37,732 nt of DNA. Source: an uncultured bacterium (GTDB taxonomy: Bacteria; Omnitrophota; Omnitrophia; Omnitrophales; Aquincolibacteriaceae). The stretch is taken from assembly GCA_964585045.1 (NCBI GenBank), contig CAZPCF010000001.1, positions 1 through 37,732 on the forward strand. The letters are read 5' to 3'. Every line of letters begins with the position of its first letter. The stretch's first letter is position 1. The notes below the pieces were generated by a model. It searched no databases. It worked only from the letters and a program-made list of their open reading frames with translations, and was not told the origin of the DNA. Positions 28,101 to 37,100 of this stretch are shown piece after piece. The position numbers and the translations under genes were made by a program.

Positions 28101-31100
28101 GCAATTCCTGCAGTATAACCGTGAGTTGATCCAATGGTTCCTGGCATTGAAGGACGCGCAGGGAAAGATCACTGAGGAATCGAAAGAGGAGCAGACGCTT
28201 ATTCTGGAGAAGATCCGTGATTATGCGGACGTCCTAAGAGAAATCGCCGGAAATATCCGTCCGGATGTCGGCGAAGGGATCGTGGGCGAGCAGACGCGCT
28301 ACCAAAAGCTCAATGACTATGCGGTTAAGCCGTCTTTGGGGATCCGGCAGGAAGAAGTGACGATCGCCCTGACCGCAGAATCCCGGAAGCTCAAAGAAGA
28401 TATGGCGGGACTTCAGAAGCAATTTCTCGAAGCTCATCGCGCTAAAGATCCGGGACGACTCCGAAGCCTGAATGAGCAAGCCGTCGCGCTTTACAAGGCG
28501 CGTCTTAAAGCGCAGCTTCTCCAGGCATCTTCTTATCTGCAAGAACAAAAGATCGACACAACGGCTTTATTGACCATCCTGACAGCTATTCGCATCGGTT
28601 ATCTCAAAATTTCTCATGAATATGGTTGGCGGATCCGCCGCGCGCTGGGAGAAGCCGCGATCCAGAAGATCCAGGTGGTCGGACGTGAAGGGGATGTTGC
28701 CCAGGTCTACGACTATGAGAACTTTAAAATGGCAACAGTCCCGGACGGCAAAGGCGAGCAGAATCCGGTGACTATTTTCCAGGACGTCTGGGTCCGGAAA
28801 GACCTTGAAGACGGCAGTTTCACCTACCAGCCTGAAAAAAGGCCATTTGTTTTTAAGGATCTCAAGACAGCGGTCCGGAGATCTTTCCATATCCTCTTGA
28901 ATCAGGAAGTTGATTTTGCTCAGGTCTATGACCGGATCAATGATCTCGACTATATCGTGGACCTTTTGAGGACCGACGGCGATGAGATCCCGGAATATTA
29001 TTTGGAAGATATCCGGGAATCGGTGGATTTCATCATGAACGCCCGCCGGGGCAGTTTGACGCGGGGCCATGTGGATGAAAAAGGGAATGCTGCCGCGAAC
29101 GTCAGAGGCGGCATGTTCGAACTTGAAGCGCGACATACGGCCAGAGCTACTGAAATGTTCGGAGCTGCCAAAAAAGAACTTGAGACGCGGTTGATTGTTC
29201 TTGCGGGCAAAAAAGCAGGGATCAGTTCCCAGGCGCAATATTTGATCCACCGCTACCGGCGTGATGAAACCTCGAGGGCTATGCGGGAACTTGGATCTCT
29301 GCTCGAGGAGCAAAATTTTCAGGCAGCGTATCAGCTTCTCAGAGTTCTCTACAAAACCCATTATCTTCACAAAGCTTCTGAAGAAAGCCAATATGCTTCG
29401 CTCCAGTGGCACGTGATCGATCTCGGAGTCTCGCTCAAGAGACTTGCGTTGAAGAAAGATCGCCCGTCTGCAAGCGTTCAAGGGAATATCCTTCGTTATG
29501 TCCGAGAAAACATCCGGCGAATTCAGATCATGGCTGGCGCGAATCTCAGTGATCCGCCTTCGCCGTTGCGCAACGAAGGACGGATCCATTCTGCTTCGCG
29601 GGCGGAAATGCGCTTGAAGCAACCTCTCAGGGCGGTGGTGTTCGACATCGGTGGAGTGATCTTCGACCTCGATTTTAAAAAAATGGCTCAGGCGTTAATA
29701 AATGCCGGTGTACGCATCAAGACCGTCGAAGAGATCATTGCCCTGTCCGTTTCCTCAGATGTTTATAAGGCTTTGGAACGCGATGAAATATCTCCAGAAG
29801 CTTTTTACGCTGCTCTTTGCGGTGCGTTAGGGATCGGGATTCTTTCCTATGAAGAGTTCGTCAGGATCTGGACCGATATCTTTACGCCGAAACCCGAAAC
29901 GGTCGAACTGATCAAACAGGCCAGGGAAACCGGCGCTAAAATCTTCTTTTTGACCGACGCCAATCGTCTCCATACCCAATATCTAAAAAAACATTACCCG
30001 GATGTCTTTGCGCTCGCCGATCACGTTTTTCCTTCTTATGAGCTTGGCCTTCGGAAAGGGGATGGTTCTAGGGTTTTTCAGGTGGTGAGTGAAAAACTCG
30101 AACAGGAGTATGGGATCAAGCACGGTGAATATGTCTTTTTTGATGACCGGAACGATAATGTCGCTGCGGCGAACAGCGTAGGTTTTCCTGCAATGGTCTT
30201 TGAATCGGCGCAAGCCGCACGAGAAGAACTTGCTAAGTCGGAAGAAGTTACGCCGGACGAAATACAAAGCGATCTTACAAAGATAGATCTTGCCGGAAAA
30301 GGATCCTCCAGGATCACAAGCATTGATGAAGCCGGGTTGCTTGTGACGGGGAAAAGACAAGAGGTCTCTGAGCCATGGACAAATCGGCGGGCCCGGCTAA
30401 CCTACATCTTAAGGGAGGGTTTGAAACCGTACCGGGATGTTCTCCCGGCATTAACAGATTCGTTGAAGGACGGCGCACGTCACGGCGGGAAATACATATC
30501 CTTCAGTATGGTGTCGCCCCGGTTTGGTTATGCGGGTACAAGTACGGACTATCTTAATTATGGCCCTTCGTCTGGAAAGAACGGTTACTCTCTTTACAAC
30601 GTGGCATTCATTCTTGATCCTGCTTATGTCCGCCGGCACCAGGAGGATTTTCACGCGGTCGGAGAGGCCTTTGCGGCGAACGGGACGATGCACAAGGCTT
30701 ATATTGATTCAAAAGGTGAGGTTCTAGGCGGCTTTACGTATCGCTCTGGGATCGCAGAACAGATCACAAGGCCTGCTCCTTATCCTGATGAAGTGGTGGT
30801 AGACCGGAATATCCCTCCGGAAGCTTTCGGCGCGATCATTGCTCACGATGCCTATGCAAAAGAGATCCGGGACATTATTGTCACGGAGTGTCCCCAAATG
30901 TCGATCCGGATATTCAACCCGAAGGGCGAGATTCTCTTTGATATTAAGAGCGATACAACAACAACGTTGCGTGCGACTTCGGAAGGAAAGCGCAGTGAGG
31001 TTCGGTCTGAGCCGGCTCCTGAGGGAACTCCTACGGCCGGTTTTAATGAGGGAACCCGGCAACAACTTCTGAAGTCGATCGCCCATTTCATCCAGGTGAT

Positions 31101-34100
31101 AGATACATCATCCGAAGCGCAATTAAAAGCCATGGAGCAGGTCGTGATCAATCACATGGGGAAATTCGATAAGGCCGAGGATATTTTGGCGCTCATGGGC
31201 GCCCTTGTTGGTATCTGGGATCGTCTCTCAAAAATATCCGGTGAGCGTTCCGCGTCCGAAACGCAATTAAAAGCCATGGAGCAGTTCGTGATCAATCACA
31301 TGGGGAAATTCGATAAGGCCGAGGATATCTTGGCGCTCATGGGCGCCCTTGTTGGTATCTGGGATCGTCTCTCAAAAATATCCGGTGCGCTTCCCGCAAA
31401 AAATAGTTTGTCCGAAACGCAATTAAAGAGCATAGAGCAATTCGTGTTCGACAGTATGAAAAAATCTGATAAGCCCGAGGATATTTTGGCGTTCATGAGT
31501 GTTCTTGTTGATGTTTGGGTCCGCTTCTCAAAAATACCCGACGTTTCTCCCAGTATCTATAAAGAAAGGATCGGGTATTTGATCGGAAATATTTTTAAGG
31601 GGGAGAGGCTACTCGATAAGGATACGAATCAGAATGATATCAGCTTGTTTGAAAAGTATGTCGGAGCGGCAACCACCTCGGACATTATAACGCTAAATGA
31701 CATACTGAGGGAATTGGCCGATCGTATGCCGGAAATTGAACCGGGTGGGTTGACGGAAGAGGAATTAAAGCTCACGCGGGCGCTCGCCGACTATGAGCTT
31801 TTGGAAAAAAGAAAAACGATAGGTTCCACGATCGGGCGGAAGATCGATGATTTGAAACGCCTGGGAGAAGAGGCCTCCCGGAAAGCCTCGGAGCCTCCGG
31901 TTTCGGACAATGTCGGGTCTTCCGAGGCAGATTTGCAGTCCGAACCCCCGGATTTTGAGCGCAATGCTCTCGGCATCCCATCGGCCCCTTTGCCGCCATC
32001 AAATGTTTTGGACGGCCGCGATCGACTTGAGGCGGCGGTGGCGATCATGGGACACGGTGGGCCGCTTGATATAGCGGATCAGATACATAATGCAGGTCTT
32101 CTGCAACTTATGGATTATGTCAAGGCCCTGAAAGGGGACGTCGACTTCGAAAAAGAGAAGGCATTAGAACAGGCTCTCTTGCAAAAGGCCCGGCTCTATT
32201 ACTCTTTTGCTTATGCAATGCAAAAATTAAATCGTCCGGAAGAAACCAATGAAGAATTTCTAACTTTGGTCACAGCGGGTTTACGGCAGGAAGAAGCTCC
32301 GGAAGTGCAGCGAATTTTCCGGCGGTTGGTGGAAAACGGCCTAGATCCAAAAGAACGGGAGAAGGCCTTTATTGCATGGACCCGGGAGGTTGATGGTCTT
32401 TTGCAGGGGTTGCGTTCGGAAGTGGAGCGGATCGATCCCGAAAAATTTTCTGCCGGAGAAATTGCCCGCGTTCAAGAGGCTGGAAATATATATAACTATG
32501 GTGATGAATCTGTCGGCCGGTTCGAGGGCATCAAACGAAATTACATCGCCCTAGCAAAAAGATGGCAGTTTAATTTTAAGGCCATGGCTTCTTATCTGGC
32601 GCCGGAAGGAACAGCGGATTTTCAAGAGTTGAATCTGCCTGCTTGGATTTTGCAACGTACGTGGGAAACCAAACAGGAGGCGCACAGGGTTGTTGCGCGG
32701 CCGCCCGTTGGGCGGCTGCCCGGTGTTTTCGTGAACGAAGAGTTGCTGCATCTTGCGATCGAAAGGATCATTTCAAACGGCTTTCGTGCGATCAATGAGC
32801 AAGCATCTTCTTTACCCGGTGGATTTGAAAAGGTGGACATCGATACGGAAGCTATCCGTGGTATCGATGGCCGGGAAAATGTCCAGATCAGGATCTTGAG
32901 CCCCGGTGTTATTCCGGACAGCAAGCTTAAAATAAATGAAGCTCGAGGCATGCAGGAGTTGTTCGTCTTGGATCCAAAGCGTTCGCATTTCAATCATAAC
33001 ATTGCAATGCCATTCGTAGGACAAGCCATCAAAGGCCTCGGGGGGAAGATCTTTGCGGAAAATATCACCACGGGTGGCCAATCATATGCCGTAGTGACAA
33101 TAGAATTGCCGGCCGGTCGCGCGGACCGCCTTGCGAAGGCAGGCGAGTCTCGCTCTGAAGTCCGGGCGGAACTGCGTTCAGGAAACTCTGAGGGCCCGAA
33201 TATTGGGTCGGCGAGCGAGGATCTACGGGTACGAAATTACGAGGAAGTGAAGGTCGCCGAAAGGATAATGTTGCGTTCAGGCGAGAAGGTAAGGACATTT
33301 ACTGTCCGGGGTTCGTTTCATCTTACCGACGACACTACTTTAAACCTTGCTGTCGACGAAGAAAGCGGAAAATTATACGTCATAAGAAAACTTCTGACCG
33401 AAGAAGATGAAGATCATTGCTCATACGTCCCTAAAGTAATGGAAAAGTTGAAGGGCTATGAGGGCGTATACCAAGCCGAATGGATGGTAAAAGCCGACGA
33501 CTCGAACGGGTGGGACGGCAGGGATGCTTCACTGAATGGGGCTATAGTTTATCCTTATATCCCGGGGAAGGACCTCGCCAGTATTTTCGAAGGGTATAAA
33601 AAGCTGCCGCCTGCGGCGTATTTCAGCGAATTGCTGGATATCGTCATCCGGGTGGCCGACATCGGCGCGTACATCGAAGCAAAAGGCATTTACGATGTTT
33701 GGAGTATAAAGCCGGAAAATATCATGATCACCCCCGACGGCAAGCTTGTCCTTATCGACTATACCCGGAAAAAAATAAACCCCCTATCCAGCATAGAATT
33801 CCTCCTTTACGATTCTACGGATGGTATTCACATGAAAGGAATTGATGGCGTATTGCCTACGCTGAAGTTCGTATCGGATCCCGCGCTGAACCGCCAGATC
33901 GTCAGCCGCCTTACTGCCGCACACCGGAAAGTGAAGGCCAATAGTTACGAAAACATAGGTCAGTTCAGCGAAGAGTTAAAAGGAGTAAAGGCTCTCATGG
34001 AAGCAGGGGATAGCCCGGGAAGTGCCACGCCGCAGCCGCAAGGCGATGTCCGTTCCGAGGTGCGTGGGGAAAAAGATTTGCTATGGACGAAACCCGCGCT

Positions 34101-37100
34101 TGATGCCAAACCGGATCCAGTAGCGGTTGTGAACCGTCAATTTAAATGGTGGACCAAACGCACTCCCGCGTGGACAGAAGAAGAAATACTTAAAATCCCG
34201 GAAGTGATAAAGGCGCTTTATGACGCAGGGATCAATTTGCGCGGCGGATCCATTCAAATGGATAAAAGCGAAGAAGGAAAAAAGACCGTGCAAAGCGTAC
34301 TCGGGACGCCGAGGACAGCATCGGCCATTTATACGAAAACGCTGCAACTTTACAAAGATAAAGGAAAATGGCCCGCGGCTTTGCGTGAAGCAGGGATCGA
34401 CCCGGCGATCCTTCCGAATTATCCCGGTGCGATCGAGGAACGGAACATGAAGTTCGCTCAGGAGGAGCAGGCAGGAAAACGCTCTGCCCCGTCTTTGGAT
34501 ACCGAAGAACGGATTCGTCCCGGTTCTAAAAATCGGGCGGAAGTACGGGTAGAAAAATCCAAAGGGAAACAACCATCGCTAGCTAATCTGATTAGGACCG
34601 TTGCCACAGCGCCCATGCGGTATGCAGGGAATTCCATAAAAACGGATTATGGAGCCGTCGCGTTTCAAAAGCTTTACGGAATGCTGAGAGAGGATCCGGA
34701 AGCAGTGTTGAGCGGCATGGCGGGCCTTTCTGCCGCGCTTCTGCGGCAGTTCAGGAATAGCCGGCGGGGGAAGAGCTTGATCTCGTTTTTCCCTGTGTTG
34801 AACGAATCGCAATCATCCCAGCCCCGTTCGGAAGTTCGAGAAAAAAAATATGATGCCGATTGGCTCCGAAACGCGGCTTTTCTTTTCGACAGTACGGATC
34901 CTGAACTCCGGGCGGTTCTGAATGAAGTTTTGGGCGATGATTCCGAGGCGCTGACACCGAGACAGCGCGAGGTTCTCCGCAAGCGGTATTGGGAGGGGAT
35001 GACGATCTCTCAGATCGCGGAAGAAGAAGGAAAAAGCAGGAATGCTATATCCGATGTCGCCTGGAAAGCGATCCTCCGCCTCCGGCATTATCTTGATGGA
35101 AAAGGCTATTTCAAATTGAATTCCTCCGCGGATTTTCAATATCTGTTAATGGGTAAACAAAGTCGCGCGGCGCGTGCTGAGGTGCGCTCCGAACCGTCTG
35201 AGGCAAAGATTCCTGTTGAGACAAAGACGCAGTTGGATAAAGAAGAGGCTCGCCCGGCAGAGGCACAGCCTGTCGCCGAGGTAAAGAAACCCGAAGAGAT
35301 CGTGCCAGTTCAGGAGACGCCGCTTCCTGTATCCCTGCCCATCCTACCGTTGGTAGAAACAGCCAAACCTGTTGATCAGCTGCAAACGGAGAGAGCCGAA
35401 GTGCCTTCTCAAGTTGAGCCTGCCGCCGTTGAAGAAATTGTTCCGGCACCCAAGATTAAGAAAGCAAGATCCCAGAAAGCTTCTGCCAAGGAAAAAGCCG
35501 GTGACCGGATCCTTTCCAAAGAGCTGGCGATCGCCCTGCTCCAGGAACTAGGGATCGCTTTTCCAAGAAATTCTGAGGAAGTCGCGGAGGTTTTTCTACG
35601 GCTTTACGAGGACAATTATATGAGGGCTATTGAGGCGTTAACATGGAGCGATCCCGCCAAGGCGGTCGCCAGGGCAGAACGGTTGATAGAATTGATCGAA
35701 AGCCTAACGGAAAAAACTCCGAATATGCCATCCAGAATTTATAAAAGGTTCGAGGCCCTTATAGCGACTCTCAAATGGTTTCGTGATGCAGCCAAGTTCG
35801 CGGGCTCGATAGAACAGCCGACGCTTATGGACCGTGCGGTGGGTGATGATCCGGACCTTGTGATCGAGCAGGTGACAAACATGATCGAAAAGGTCGAGGA
35901 GGGTAGAGAGAGATTTTCCGCTCCGCCGGTCGGGTTCGACCGGGCCCTCAAGGCCTGGCAGGACAGGTTATTGGGGATCCAGCAGCTGGCGATGAACAGC
36001 AAAGATGAAGTTGATACCGTGCGCTCCGAATCGTTGGATTCAGTAAACGCCGGAAAAGAGGAGGATGCTTTCACGAAGGATCAAAAAAGGGACCTTGTCA
36101 GGGAGGCCCTTGAAGAAATGGGGATCCAGGAAGTCGAGATGAAAAAATTGAATCTGGTGCGGATCTTCGATTTTTGTAACGGGCCGGGGGTCGAAGCCGC
36201 CGAAAAGCTGAACGATTATTTTGACGGACGCGGATTTCCTGGTCTTTCGGATCAGGTGGACGATCTCATTTTGAGAATGAAGGCGGTTATTGCACAGGAG
36301 AACGAAGATGAGGAAGATACCGGGGGGAACGATTATGGTTTTGTCCGCAGTGAAACAAGGTTGCAGCAAGTTTACGCGGGTGTGCTGGGGACGGTGTTGC
36401 GTCAAGATCCGGACGGGAAGAATCTAGTCCGCGAATTTACAGAAGAAGTAAGAGAAGCTGGGGTGGAGATGGTGTCCCAGGGTCTTTGGACTACTTTCAA
36501 CAATATCGTTCTTCCCGAGGCTATGGCGGCGATGACGGTCAGTGATACGAATGTTCAGGTGGCGGGTTACGATGTGCTTGAAAATGTGCTACGCCAGAAG
36601 GACCTGAGCCGCGAGACGTTGGACAGGATCGCCGAGCAGATGTTCAATGACTCCTTGAAAGATCTTGTCGATGCGATCCTGAAGCGGGAGATCGGCGGCA
36701 TGGCACCGGTGGTGTTCTACTCTTCGGAGATGAAGACGCGGCTGATCCATTTTATTGAAACGGTTCAGCAAGGATTCGAGTCGATTGGGGATGTGACAGG
36801 CGAGAATTACAGGATCACCCTTGTTTCTGCGAACAAGGCCGAGCTTAGAATATTGAAAACCGAACTTTCGAAACGCGGGGCGTTGCGCGGCGTGCAATTT
36901 ATCGAAGATAAAGGATTAAACACTGTTGCCAGGGAACTGGCGTCATCTGTCATCCGCCACCCTGTTTTCGGAGTGCGGTTTGGCATTTTCTTTCCCGAGA
37001 GTGGTCTCGGCCAAAATGTAACTTGGCAATGGGTGGTCCGCTCCGAGATTCCCAAGGAATATGCCGTTCTTCTTCTCCCAGCTTTAAGTAGATACTTTGC

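Noticed and set aside
28567-29622. A 351-aa minus-strand ORF, the longest antisense ORF inside the giant gene. Similar ones lie at 19483-20253, 23511-24098 and 22993-23514.
   Set aside because: It lies fully antisense to a frame that carries clear domain signatures. Its translation is R/F/S-rich with no recognisable motifs and no SD-like start context. It is typical of a shadow ORF in GC-moderate coding DNA.
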